DNA of 64,000 nucleotides from an uncultured Alphaproteobacteria bacterium (GTDB lineage Bacteria; Pseudomonadota; Alphaproteobacteria; Paracaedibacterales; CAITNM01): NCBI GenBank assembly GCA_903874955.1, contig CAIQTY010000051.1, positions 2,686 to 66,685 of the forward strand, read 5' to 3'. Shown piece by piece: positions 1 to 10,938 of this stretch (position 1 is its first letter; each line of letters starts with the position of its first letter). The notes under the pieces were generated by a model. It saw only the letters and a program-made list of their open reading frames with translations, ran no database searches and was not told where the DNA came from. The position numbers and the translations under genes were made by a program.

Positions 1-17
1 GCCTAAGGAATAAATAA

Positions 18-920
18 ATGAACACTCCTTCAAAATCACACAACAATCAAGAAAAACGCAAAAAATTATTTGTGATTTTTGGATTGTGTGTTGCTTTTAT
101 AGCGGTAGCGTCTTTCTTATATTATTTTTTTATTGGCTCAAAACATGTCACAACGGATAATGCGTACGTTGGAGCGGAAATTGCCCAAGTGTGCGCTCCC
201 ACCGGTGGCATTGTAAAAACAGTTCACTTTAAAGACACCGATACAGTTAAAAAAGGTGATGTTTTGGTGAGTATTGACGATACGGACGCTAAACTGGTTT
301 TAGCACGCGCGAAAGCTGACTTAGACAAGGCTCAGGCTGATTTTGATAAAACAAAAACAGAATGTGATAGGCGATCTACTCTTTCAAAGTCTGGTTCGGT
401 TTCTGCTGAAGAAGTAACTAACTCAAAAAATGCTTTTAAGTCAGCACAAGCAGTTTTAGAATCGGCGAGTGCTTCATTTGATCAAGCTAAGGTTGATCTT
501 GAACGCACTACAATTCGCTCGCCTGTAGATGGAGTGGTTGCTAAGCGCCAAGTTCAATTAGGCCAACGCATCCCGGTAGGGGCAAATTTAATGTCTGTGG
601 TTCCGATATTAAGCTTGCACGTAGATGCCAACTTTAAAGAAGTGCAGTTGCAAAAAGTTCAGATAGGACAACCCGTAGAATTGACGGCTGATTTTTATGG
701 TAGTTCAGTTGTTTACCACGGAAAAGTTGCAGGTATTGCAGGTGGAACCGGTTCGGCATTTGCGATTATTCCAGCGCAAAATGCAACAGGTAACTGGATT
801 AAAGTTGTCCAGCGGTTGCCGGTTAGAATCGAACTTGATCCAAAAGAACTCAAAGAGCATCCTCTGCAAGTTGGCTTGTCTATGCAGGTTGATATAGATA
901 TTTCTGGATCTGAAAAGTGA
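18..920 (+). CDS. emrA: HlyD/EmrA-family membrane-fusion (periplasmic adaptor) protein of an MFS efflux pump
   Basis: N-terminal TM helix (LFVIFGLCVAFIAVASFLYYFFI), then a TDNAYVGAEIAQV...GGIV...KKGDVL lipoyl-like hairpin and a coiled coil (AKLVLARAKADLDKAQADFDK). It overlaps the downstream EmrB-type gene by 4 bp (GTGA). Confidence 0.8.
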   Translation: MNTPSKSHNNQEKRKKLFVIFGLCVAFIAVASFLYYFFIGSKHVTTDNAYVGAEIAQVCAPTGGIVKTVHFKDTDTVKKGDVLVSIDDTDAKLVLARAKADLDKAQADFDKTKTECDRRSTLSKSGSVSAEEVTNSKNAFKSAQAVLESASASFDQAKVDLERTTIRSPVDGVVAKRQVQLGQRIPVGANLMSVVPILSLHVDANFKEVQLQKVQIGQPVELTADFYGSSVVYHGKVAGIAGGTGSAFAIIPAQNATGNWIKVVQRLPVRIELDPKELKEHPLQVGLSMQVDIDISGSEK

Positions 921-2470
921 GCACGAACGGCGGATCATCATCAGCCGTTGATCAAATTGAGCCTCTTACTGGGGCAAAACTCATTATATCGGCTCTTCTG
1001 TTAGCATTTTCTAACTTTATGGTTGTGCTTGATATGACCATTGCTAACGTTTCGGTTTCTAATATTGCTGGTGGACTTGCTGTATCAGTTAATGAAGGGA
1101 CCTATGTCATAACATCATATGCGGTAGCAGAAGCAATCTGTGTTCCTCTTACCGGCTGGCTTGCCAGTCGATTTGGAACAGTCCGTGTTTTTACTTTTTG
1201 TATGCTGATGTTCGGAGTGTGTTCTGCTCTTTGCGGTTTAGCTGATAGTCTTGGCATGTTAGTTGCAGGAAGGGTTCTTCAAGGTCTTATGGGTGGGCCA
1301 CTCATGCCTTTGTCGCAAACACTAATGCTGCTGATTTTTCCAAAAGAAAAAAGAGGAATAGCCTTAGCTCTATGGAGTATTACAACTTTAGTAGCGCCAG
1401 TTTTGGGACCGGTTTTTGGTGGTTATATTTGCGATAATTGGGGCTGGGGATACATATTTTTTATCAATATTCCTTTTGCTCTTGTTTTTTCTGTTGTGCT
1501 CATGAATTTTCTACGACGTTTTGAATCAGTAATTGTTAAAAATAAAGTCGATTTTGTCGGGTTGATCCTTTTAATTATATGGGTTTCGGCATTACAAATT
1601 ATGCTTGATGAAGGTAAAAACTATGATTGGTTTGAGTCTACCGAAATATGCGCATTACTTATTACTGCTATTTTAGGATTCATCAGTTTTTTGATCTGGG
1701 AACTGACCCACGAAAAACCAATTGTTGATTTGCGAGTTTTTCGTCACAGGGGCTATATGGCAAGTGTTCTGACGATTAGTCTGGCGTTTGGTGCTTTTAA
1801 TTGTTCAATCGTTTTAACGCCTTTATGGCTGCAAAATTATATGGCTTACACAGCGACATGGTCTGGTTTTACAACGGCAGCGATGGGAGTTTTGGCGGTA
1901 TTTGCAGCACCATTTGCTGCAAATATGTCTACAAAATATGATCCAAGAATACTGGTTTTTTGCGGTGTTGGTTGGCTTGGGTTATTAACTTTTTACCGAT
2001 CCTTCGGCTCTACAGACATGGCAGAATTCCAAGTCTCGATTCCGTTGCTGATTCAAGGAATAGGGTTACCATTTTTCTTTGTGCCTTTAACCTCCTTAGC
2101 GCTTTCAAGTGTTAACCCAGAGGAAACCGCTTCCGCGGCTGGTCTTATGAATTTCTCAAGAACCTTGGCTGGCGCCATGGCAACATCAATTGTAACAACA
2201 TCTTGGGATAACAGCACTAATATTTTACGAAATGATTTGGTGGATAAAGTATCTATGCCTGATCAAATAGCATCTATGTTAGGTGGGGCAGGTGAGTTTA
2301 GCCGAGAGATGGCTACCTATTTACTTGATCAACTTGTCCAAGCCCAGGCTGTGGTGATGGCAACCAATCATATATTTATGGTTACCTCAGTCACTTTCGC
2401 TTTTGCAGCATCAGCCATATGGCTAGCCCCCAAACCTCAACGTACGGCTGACACCTCTGCCGCACATTAA
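917..2470 (+). CDS. emrB: DHA2-family (EmrB/QacA-type, 14-TMS) MFS drug efflux transporter
   Basis: Long polytopic protein with an MVVLDMTIANVS...IAGGL N-terminus, GRVLQGLMGGPLMP (MFS motif C-like) and WGWGYIFFINIP. GTG start is translationally coupled to the adaptor gene. Confidence 0.85.
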   Translation: MSTNGGSSSAVDQIEPLTGAKLIISALLLAFSNFMVVLDMTIANVSVSNIAGGLAVSVNEGTYVITSYAVAEAICVPLTGWLASRFGTVRVFTFCMLMFGVCSALCGLADSLGMLVAGRVLQGLMGGPLMPLSQTLMLLIFPKEKRGIALALWSITTLVAPVLGPVFGGYICDNWGWGYIFFINIPFALVFSVVLMNFLRRFESVIVKNKVDFVGLILLIIWVSALQIMLDEGKNYDWFESTEICALLITAILGFISFLIWELTHEKPIVDLRVFRHRGYMASVLTISLAFGAFNCSIVLTPLWLQNYMAYTATWSGFTTAAMGVLAVFAAPFAANMSTKYDPRILVFCGVGWLGLLTFYRSFGSTDMAEFQVSIPLLIQGIGLPFFFVPLTSLALSSVNPEETASAAGLMNFSRTLAGAMATSIVTTSWDNSTNILRNDLVDKVSMPDQIASMLGGAGEFSREMATYLLDQLVQAQAVVMATNHIFMVTSVTFAFAASAIWLAPKPQRTADTSAAH

Positions 2471-2557
2471 GCATTAAGTTATCCAAATTAATATAAATAC
2501 CAAACCTATCAAAAAATAAGATAGACTAGCCATATTTCAATTTTTCTGGCAGTCAGT

Positions 2558-3253
2558 GTGCCCTTGTTGAATAAATTAAAATTTTTCAAAGTTTTGCCTC
2601 CATCTATTTTGTTTCTTATTTTGGTGTCTTGCGTGTCTGCTGTGCATCGAAATAATGAAGATGCAATTTATGTTTATCAAAATATGGAAACTAAATTGTA
2701 TGGGTTTAAAAATGCGCAAGGAAATACAGTTATTCAGGCGCAATATGACTACGTATATGTGGGTGACTACATTGATGATAGACCAGTTTTTATAAAGACT
2801 AACTTCAAGCCTGAAAATGAGTATTGTTTGCCGACAATGCTTCCGGTTTTGAATAACGGTCAGATTTGGTGGATTGATCGAAGGGGGCAGAAGCTATTTG
2901 AATCTTTCTACTTTGATAACGGACCTGATTATTTCCAAAAAGGTCTATCACGCATCTTAAATATAGAAAAATTTGGATTTATTGACACTCAAGGAAAAGT
3001 TGTTATTGAGCCTTGTTATGATTTTGCGAGTCCTTTCGATGAGCATGGATTTGCTAATGTTTGCAATGGTTGCTGGTTAAGTTATCCAAGCAGTACAAAG
3101 TTTTCTGTTGCTCATAAACGCGCCACGGATGTTTATGGAAAAATTGAAGGCGGGAAGTGGGGTGTCATTTCTACTGCTGGCGACATCGTTGTACCTCTTA
3201 AGTACGATTCGTGTGAAGAAGCTCGCAAAAAACTAGTAATAATCCGACCATAA
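2558..3253 (+). CDS. WG-repeat (KWG-type beta-repeat) putative lipoprotein
   Basis: Lipobox-like LILVSC near the N-terminus. Repeated x-YGF-x-N/D-x-x-G-x-x-V-I-x-x-x-YD units (KLYGFKNAQGNTVIQAQYDYV, KFGFIDTQGKVVIEPCYDFA, GKWGVISTAGDIVVPLKYDS). Confidence 0.6.
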   Translation: MPLLNKLKFFKVLPPSILFLILVSCVSAVHRNNEDAIYVYQNMETKLYGFKNAQGNTVIQAQYDYVYVGDYIDDRPVFIKTNFKPENEYCLPTMLPVLNNGQIWWIDRRGQKLFESFYFDNGPDYFQKGLSRILNIEKFGFIDTQGKVVIEPCYDFASPFDEHGFANVCNGCWLSYPSSTKFSVAHKRATDVYGKIEGGKWGVISTAGDIVVPLKYDSCEEARKKLVIIRP

Positions 3254-3452
3254 GCATTGAGAGTTTATCTATTAACTATTTGGGATATTCTGTACTTCTT
3301 CTTGCAGGTTCAATTTATGTCGACAGTATCTAATATTAACTATTTTTAAACTAGCCTTGTGTAGATTTATATTTGTAATACAAACAAGATTGGATCAATT
3401 GTAAAAAATAATATAATAATTTTGACGCTTATAATATTGTTATTTGGTCTAA

Positions 3453-4397
3453 ATGCGTCACAGGACGTTGTTACTTATAACAGCGAGATACCAGAAGCTC
3501 CTTCCTTTGAAACCGTTCCGGATGCACCTCCGCCAGCTCCAACTGCTCCCCCCAGTTGCCCAAGATTCTTCCAAACCAATCACTTCGTCAGTCAAAACAC
3601 CTCAATGGAAAATTGATCAGGCGCTGAAAGCAGAACAAGAAGCAGCAGTAGCAAAACAAAAAGAAGAAGAGTTTGCTAAGCTACCAACAAATGCAAAAAT
3701 TCATGTTGATATGATAGAAAAGTATGAATCGATTAAAAAGGTTGAAGATATTGTTAATTTCAGTATTGAAAACAGCGGCATAAAGCCGAATGAAATTCTT
3801 GTAGTGTTTGATTTTGATCAAACTTTAACAGGAAGAAAGATTATGGAATCCGGACGCCTTGTTGATTGTTCCCCTATTAACAATACCATTATCAACTCAC
3901 TAAATAAAAGAGGAATAGCTTGGGGTATTTTATCGGCCAGAACTATCAGCCCAACTACCTTAGAGTCAATAAAGAATGAGGTGAATGAATTTAGAGATAC
4001 GCAAGGATCAAGTGTTCAGTCTAGACTAGAAGGTCTATTGCAGGAAGAAACTCGAACTGTTTACTACAAAGGCCAATCGCAATCTATACGCTATGGAATC
4101 CTTGATCAACTGGCTTTTGCAAGCATGGGCGGTTCATTTTCTTACGAAAAAGATTTGGCACTGGACTACTTAATTGAAAAATATAAGTCAAAATATTTTG
4201 AAGATCATTATCCTAAGTTGATTATTTTTGTGGATGATAATGCAGAAAATGTGCTGAGGATGCGTGACTACTTTACGACTGGGTATGGCCGCATACACGA
4301 TACTACAGTTTATGCGCTGGTTTATGATCCAACTACTAGGGGAGAGCAAGGACATCAACTGGCACTTGATGCATTGCAGCCTTTTTTTAAAAATTAG
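3453..4397 (+). CDS. HAD-superfamily-like hydrolase; the 5' end is uncertain and may be frameshifted
   Basis: DxDxT motif I (VVFDFDQTLTG), S/T motif II (GILSART) and DD motif IV (IIFVDDNAENV). The first ~35 codons of this frame look non-coding. The overlapping frame 3422..3616 encodes a hydrophobic leader plus a Pro-rich linker and ends shortly after a C6 tract. Confidence 0.5.
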   Translation: MRHRTLLLITARYQKLLPLKPFRMHLRQLQLLPPVAQDSSKPITSSVKTPQWKIDQALKAEQEAAVAKQKEEEFAKLPTNAKIHVDMIEKYESIKKVEDIVNFSIENSGIKPNEILVVFDFDQTLTGRKIMESGRLVDCSPINNTIINSLNKRGIAWGILSARTISPTTLESIKNEVNEFRDTQGSSVQSRLEGLLQEETRTVYYKGQSQSIRYGILDQLAFASMGGSFSYEKDLALDYLIEKYKSKYFEDHYPKLIIFVDDNAENVLRMRDYFTTGYGRIHDTTVYALVYDPTTRGEQGHQLALDALQPFFKN

Positions 4398-4460
4398 TAA
4401 CGCTTTGTATAAGTTCACAGAATAAAAAAAGACCTTTTGAATGAGAAATTGATCAAGTGG

Positions 4461-6119
4461 CTAAGCAAGCCTATAACCAAAGTTCATCCATTGCCTTAGT
4501 AAGTTAGCAAGCCTATAAAGGATCCTATCCTTGCGACCTGGAATGCATCCTCCTCGAGTATGTTGATTCTCAAAAAGTTGGCTATAAAAATTAGATTCCA
4601 AATTGAAGGGTGTTTGATCGATACCAGTATTTAAACAAAACGTATCAAGCTTTTGAGAAAAATCAAAAATCATTGAAAGTATTTCTACCCATTCTGCTTC
4701 GGTAATCTTATCATTGCTACTTTCAGATTCGATCGTTCCTGTGAATCCAGTAGGATACCCATTAAGTATATAGCCTAAATGATCCATGATCTGAGATTTA
4801 TTAAGGGCATTTCCGTCATAATGGGCGGTTAAATTAGTACCTAAGGTTGTTAAACGTTGGTCGATATCTTTGGTTAATTCTGCTTTTGTTTTCCTTGGAA
4901 TATAATGCCCGCTAAAATATTTTCGTCCTAGTTCTAACATTTCTCTTGTATGTTTAATTTGAAAATTATCAAGCTGATGAACTCCCTGACCACCAAAACC
5001 ACCCCGTTTTATAATGGGGTCCATTTTGTCAAGAAGGGATGAGGTGTTTTTAAGGTCATTTCTAAACGCTGGAATTGAAGCTTTTTGTGACCACTGAAAT
5101 ATCGCAGATTCAATGGTTATATTTGCAACATTTAACCTATCCCTATTAAATCCATCTTGTGGTGGTAATGTCAGATTATAATTTTGTGGATCAAGCAAGG
5201 AAAATAGAGGAATTAATCTTGTAATTCTTAAGGTGGCGTAGCCTCTTCTAGAAGCTTCAGAAGTATTACCTGATGATTGTAAATCTTCTGATACATTAGT
5301 GCCTAGTCGAAGTAGTTCAGCATACGTATTCCTTACACTAGCAAGGGTTGCAGGTGAATTATCTCGCGTAGGCCATGCAGGATTTTTAGTTTGAATAACC
5401 ATATCTGCAATACGCAGTGTTTCTTTGGTATCCTCAGGCAATTCCCAACCATTGGGGGAGGGATTAGATCTCCAATCAGGGCCAGTTTTTACAACAGTTT
5501 CAAGGGTTCTAGTGGGGGTTAAAAAAGCCCTTATGGTTTCTGGCCTTTCCATTTCCAACGGATCAACTAGGGAGTTTCTCACCCCTGGTAACCGCGCCCA
5601 AGTTATAAGCCCTGATTCGGTTAAGTATTCTGATTTCGATCCAATAAACCTTGCAGCAATTGCTGCTCGTTTTAGGTAATCATAGTGCAGTGTATTTGCT
5701 TTTCCAGCGGTGCGTGGCATGCCATCCCACAAGGTGTCTATGTTATCATTAGTGGCAAGGGCGATGTCTACGCTTGTTGAAGCCATACACGCACCCTCTT
5801 TGCTTGTTGGTGCACGATTTTGCCAGCCGAATCCCCTTGCTTCGTTTAAAATTTCTCTAGCAAGCGAAGCATACTTTTTCTGCTCTGTGGCGCTAGTAGT
5901 GTTTCTGGCCTTTTTTGAAGCCCATTTTGCCATCGCTAAAGAAAGTGGAAAACTATATCTGTCTCCTTGCACATTGATTTCTGTTCGTACTTGCTCAATT
6001 TCTGTTTTGTGAGTTTGTAACTCTTGTTTGACCTGGTCATCTGTCCACGACGCTAACAACTCATTTTTTGGGTAATAAATAGAAATAATTGTTAATAAAA
6101 TAAAACTTTTGATAATCAC
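4461..6119 (-). CDS. hypothetical secreted protein (ORFan by eye)
   Basis: 552-aa uninterrupted ORF with an N-terminal hydrophobic leader (MIIKSFILLTIISIYY). I recognise no family motif. Confidence 0.6.
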   Translation of the reverse strand: MIIKSFILLTIISIYYPKNELLASWTDDQVKQELQTHKTEIEQVRTEINVQGDRYSFPLSLAMAKWASKKARNTTSATEQKKYASLAREILNEARGFGWQNRAPTSKEGACMASTSVDIALATNDNIDTLWDGMPRTAGKANTLHYDYLKRAAIAARFIGSKSEYLTESGLITWARLPGVRNSLVDPLEMERPETIRAFLTPTRTLETVVKTGPDWRSNPSPNGWELPEDTKETLRIADMVIQTKNPAWPTRDNSPATLASVRNTYAELLRLGTNVSEDLQSSGNTSEASRRGYATLRITRLIPLFSLLDPQNYNLTLPPQDGFNRDRLNVANITIESAIFQWSQKASIPAFRNDLKNTSSLLDKMDPIIKRGGFGGQGVHQLDNFQIKHTREMLELGRKYFSGHYIPRKTKAELTKDIDQRLTTLGTNLTAHYDGNALNKSQIMDHLGYILNGYPTGFTGTIESESSNDKITEAEWVEILSMIFDFSQKLDTFCLNTGIDQTPFNLESNFYSQLFENQHTRGGCIPGRKDRILYRLANLLRQWMNFGYRLA

Positions 6120-6503
6120 AGTAAAAATCCAATAAATTTATTTGAATAATAATTTTAAAAAAAAATTTTGTAAAGTTTTTTGAATTAAAACTGTACTTTT
6201 TTATGTTATTAAGTTTTTTTAATCGTGAAAATTGAATCTTTTTGGGGATTTATTCCCCTGCAGCTTGCTGCGTTAAATTTAAGAAATAAATTTTTTCCCG
6301 AACTTGATACCCTGTCCGCTTGCGGCGGGTAATTCATTATTGTCTCAGTTCTTTAAATAGAAATTAAATTAAAAACGATATCATGTTTTTAATTTAAATT
6401 TTTAAATATTGATATGTATTTTTTCAGTTTTTCCTTTTGTGGAATAATTGTATAAACTTTTCAAAAAGCAAAATGGATTTTGTTAATTTTTTACCGTTGT
6501 CCC

Positions 6504-6532
6504 TTGACACTTTTTGTAATTTTAGCGATATT
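6504..6532 (+). promoter_or_regulatory. sigma-70-type promoter of groESL (-35 TTGACA, 17-bp spacer, -10 GATATT)
   Basis: TTGACA at 6504-6509 and GATATT at 6527-6532, directly abutting the CIRCE element and ~70 bp upstream of the groES ATG. Confidence 0.6.
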
Positions 6533-6557
6533 GGCACTCGTAAGGGGTGAGTGCTAA
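6531..6557 (+). promoter_or_regulatory. CIRCE operator (HrcA binding site) TTGGCACTC-N9-GAGTGCTAA
   Basis: Matches the CIRCE consensus TTAGCACTC-N9-GAGTGCTAA with one mismatch. It sits between the promoter and the groES RBS. Confidence 0.85.
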
Positions 6558-6603
6558 CAGCTTTCCCCGAATTGTAAAACTAAAACAAAAAAGGAGAGAA
6601 CAT

Positions 6604-6900
6604 ATGAAATTTCGCCCTTTGCATGACCGTGTCATGGTCAAACGCATAGAACAAGAAGCAAAAACTCCTGGAGGGATTATTATTCCCGATACTGCAAAAG
6701 AAAAGCCTATGGAGGGTGAAGTTGTAGCGGTTGGATCTGGTGCTCGCAATGAGCAAGGCGCTGTTATAGCTTTAGATGTAAAGCCAGGTGATAGAGTATT
6801 GTTTGGTAAATGGTCAGGCACTGAAATTAAAATTGAAGGCCATGATTACCTTGTGATGAAAGAATCTGACATCATGGGCATCGTTGATAAAGCCGCTTAA
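6604..6900 (+). CDS. groES: co-chaperonin GroES
   Basis: [35 protein letters not shown]...; the ATG at 6604 is preceded by AAAGGAGAG. The tracked ORF start at 6547 lies inside CIRCE and is rejected. Confidence 0.95.
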   Translation: MKFRPLHDRVMVKRIEQEAKTPGGIIIPDTAKEKPMEGEVVAVGSGARNEQGAVIALDVKPGDRVLFGKWSGTEIKIEGHDYLVMKESDIMGIVDKAA

Positions 6901-6919
6901 CTTCCATCTACATTTTTAA

Positions 6920-8584
<1,665 letters not shown>

Positions 8585-8616
8585 TCTTTCCACTACCTCG
8601 TCATTACGAACAAAAA

Positions 8617-8646
8617 CAGGCCTCGATTTCGGGGCCTGCTTTTTTA
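8617..8646. terminator. rho-independent terminator after groEL, possibly bidirectional
   Basis: CAGGCC-tcgatttcgg-GGCCTG hairpin followed by a T run. It lies between the convergent groEL and the 8665..9432 gene. Confidence 0.7.
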
Positions 8647-8664
8647 TGAATAGATACGCACAGT

Positions 8665-9432
8665 TTATTGATAAAAAAAGTGATTGCGCCAAACTGCGCC
8701 TGTATGAGTATCAATAGCAAGTTCGGTTGTTAAAGAATGATCATATATGCTTTTTAATCTGAGTATACGCTCTAAGTACGGTGACTTGGAGCTAATAAGA
8801 ATCTCGCGATATGGTAGAGAAGAGCCTAATTGTAAATCTGGAATTGACATGAAGTGCACATTGTAACTTTGGTCTCCTAGAACAGTTATTACATCGGTAA
8901 CATTTTTCGTCCAACAAGATGAAGCAATAAATACCTGAGTCTGTAGGGGATCAATTTCTTTTTCTCGATATTCGCGAAGCCATTTAGCAAAATTACCATT
9001 TTTATTTATTTCTTGTGATTGATAAGTTTCACGCAAGTCGGCACGGTATACGTGATAAGCTCCTGAATATGCAACGCCTTTTAAGATTACACCAACACAA
9101 TCAGCAAGCCCACTAATATGTAAAAAAGTGTCTTTTGTATTTTCTTTTATTTCTCCGCCACCAGTAATCCCTCGTGAGGTTAAGCTAGCTGGTCTTTCAC
9201 AGTTTACTATTTCTGTATAGGGGTGACTTCGATGTAATTCTTCAAAAAGTTTATCATCTGAAATACATTGAGTTTTATCTTCGAATGTTTTTAATATTTT
9301 TCTGCTTTTTGGTTGATTTTCTTCCTTATTCGTTAGGTTCTGGTCTGACGAATTTGCCGTTGCTATAAAGGTTAATGTGGTTATAATGTTAATTATTCGC
9401 ATAATTAGATATTTTAATTTAATATTTTCCAT
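8665..9432 (-). CDS. hypothetical secreted protein with a weak CheD/CNF1-like Cys...His motif
   Basis: Leader MRIINIITTLTFIATANS. The internal ISGLADCVGVILKGVAYSGAYHV resembles the CheD-type xLGSCVAV-x(8-10)-xxH arrangement; this is motif-level evidence only. Confidence 0.5.
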   Translation of the reverse strand: MENIKLKYLIMRIINIITTLTFIATANSSDQNLTNKEENQPKSRKILKTFEDKTQCISDDKLFEELHRSHPYTEIVNCERPASLTSRGITGGGEIKENTKDTFLHISGLADCVGVILKGVAYSGAYHVYRADLRETYQSQEINKNGNFAKWLREYREKEIDPLQTQVFIASSCWTKNVTDVITVLGDQSYNVHFMSIPDLQLGSSLPYREILISSKSPYLERILRLKSIYDHSLTTELAIDTHTGAVWRNHFFYQ

Positions 9433-9601
9433 AAAAACATATCAATATAATATGTTTGCTGTCAACTAACTCTTAATTAGGTTCTAAAAATTGAATTTTA
9501 ATGCCACATTTTTTATAAATTTTAGTTTTTATAAAATTGCGATAAAATTATTATAATTTAATTAAAAATGTTTGTTGCAGTGCATGTAAAAAACCACTTA
9601 T

Positions 9602-10867
9602 ATGATATTAATTATTTATTGGGGATATTGCATCGTGGATACTATTTGGAATCGCAGAACGCTTTCTCTTTTTCTGGGAGTCGTGTTACAGGCTTTTTGT
9701 ACAGCAAAATTGGTCTGGCTAAAAGGACTGCCAAATAGTCCATTCGATGAAACGTCTATGCTAAATAAGCACAACTCATTTTTGTTGATCTGGGTATTGT
9801 TTGTCTTTTTTGCAAAAATTATGGGGGGGTATGTCATTGGCAAAATAGCCGAAAACAAGGGATTTTTAGGAACACAAAAGTTTCTTATTGTTGGGTACAT
9901 TTTAACAACTTGTTTATTTTTTATAACCTATTTCTATGCTAGTCATTGGTCTTATATTAGACCTGTTATGATTATTCTAACTTCTCTTAATGTTTTTCTA
10001 TATCCTGCGATGGTTGTTTTGCCGGCCATATATTTAATGAAAATTCATCCACCAAAAACGCATGTCAAGATAAGCATGTTGATAATTTTGGCGTCTGTTA
10101 TTGGTTATGTACTTTCTTATCAAATTTTGCAATACAGACCGTTTATGAGTATGACTATAATGGCTGGTGCGGCTTTATTCGGGGTGATATTTTGTCTTAG
10201 TAAAAATTCACTAGATTCTAAAAAAGTTGAGCATGCTAAAAAGACTCAAAAATCATTGCCAAAGACCAGCGAAAAAATATTAGCAACACTTGCAGGTGGT
10301 GTTTGTGGTGCTGGTATTACCCATAATTATTTCTTTATCGGGCCTTATGCCTTGAATATTCTGATATTAGATGAAAATAAATTTAACCTTGGTTATTTAT
10401 TTTTTTATATTTCAGTATCTATTTTTTTAGTCATAGCGAGCAAGATATCTGATTATGTTGATTTTTTAAAACTCATGTTCGTATCACTTATAGGGGTTCT
10501 AATACTTTTAATGGGATTTAGGATGTTTGATGTTTCAATTGGTCAAGGCTATATTTTATATCAAGTTTTGTTCTCCTTATGCTTCTCGGGTTTTTTAGCG
10601 CCGAGTCTTACATATGTTTTTAAATTATTTGAAAATGGTCAGTCTTATTTTAACAGCCTTTTTTGGTATGGATTAGGACTAAGTTTAAGTCACATGTTTG
10701 GATTCTTATTGAGTAAAGAATTGGGGTTTTTCAAAGGACACTTTTTGCTATGTAGTCCATTATTCATTTTTGGTGTTTTATACCTATTTATTTTTACAAT
10801 TATTAAGTTCCCAAAATCTGAACCATTAGTTCAAGATAACACTGCTATGAAGCTGAGTTATCGTTAA
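9602..10867 (+). CDS. polytopic inner-membrane protein (transporter-like, ~10-12 TMS)
   Basis: Hydrophobic helices occur throughout, with a central Lys-rich loop (SKNSLDSKKVEHAKKTQKSLPKTSEK) splitting two helix bundles. The start codon is uncertain. Confidence 0.55.
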   Translation: MILIIYWGYCIVDTIWNRRTLSLFLGVVLQAFCTAKLVWLKGLPNSPFDETSMLNKHNSFLLIWVLFVFFAKIMGGYVIGKIAENKGFLGTQKFLIVGYILTTCLFFITYFYASHWSYIRPVMIILTSLNVFLYPAMVVLPAIYLMKIHPPKTHVKISMLIILASVIGYVLSYQILQYRPFMSMTIMAGAALFGVIFCLSKNSLDSKKVEHAKKTQKSLPKTSEKILATLAGGVCGAGITHNYFFIGPYALNILILDENKFNLGYLFFYISVSIFLVIASKISDYVDFLKLMFVSLIGVLILLMGFRMFDVSIGQGYILYQVLFSLCFSGFLAPSLTYVFKLFENGQSYFNSLFWYGLGLSLSHMFGFLLSKELGFFKGHFLLCSPLFIFGVLYLFIFTIIKFPKSEPLVQDNTAMKLSYR

Positions 10868-10938
10868 AATTAATTCATTTTAGTTATCTAGTTTTGTATT
10901 TCTTTCGCTACACAAATTGTTTTAGATGCAACGTCAAT

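Noticed and set aside
6246-6335. Two short GC-richer motifs (CCCTGCAGCTTGCTGCG and CCCTGTCCGCTTGCGGCGG) and a GGGGA-tttat-TCCCC hairpin in the AT-rich groES upstream region, considered as a possible REP-like element or sRNA.
   Set aside because: The stems are only 4-5 bp, there are only two imperfect copies, and I found no further copies in the window. This is insufficient evidence.
6361-6401. An AT-rich imperfect palindrome (AAATTAAATTAAAAAC-gatatcat-GTTTTTAATTTAAATTT) between the 4461..6119 gene and groES.
   Set aside because: AT-only palindromes arise easily by chance in AT-rich intergenic DNA. It has no associated motif or T-run in a context that would make it a terminator.
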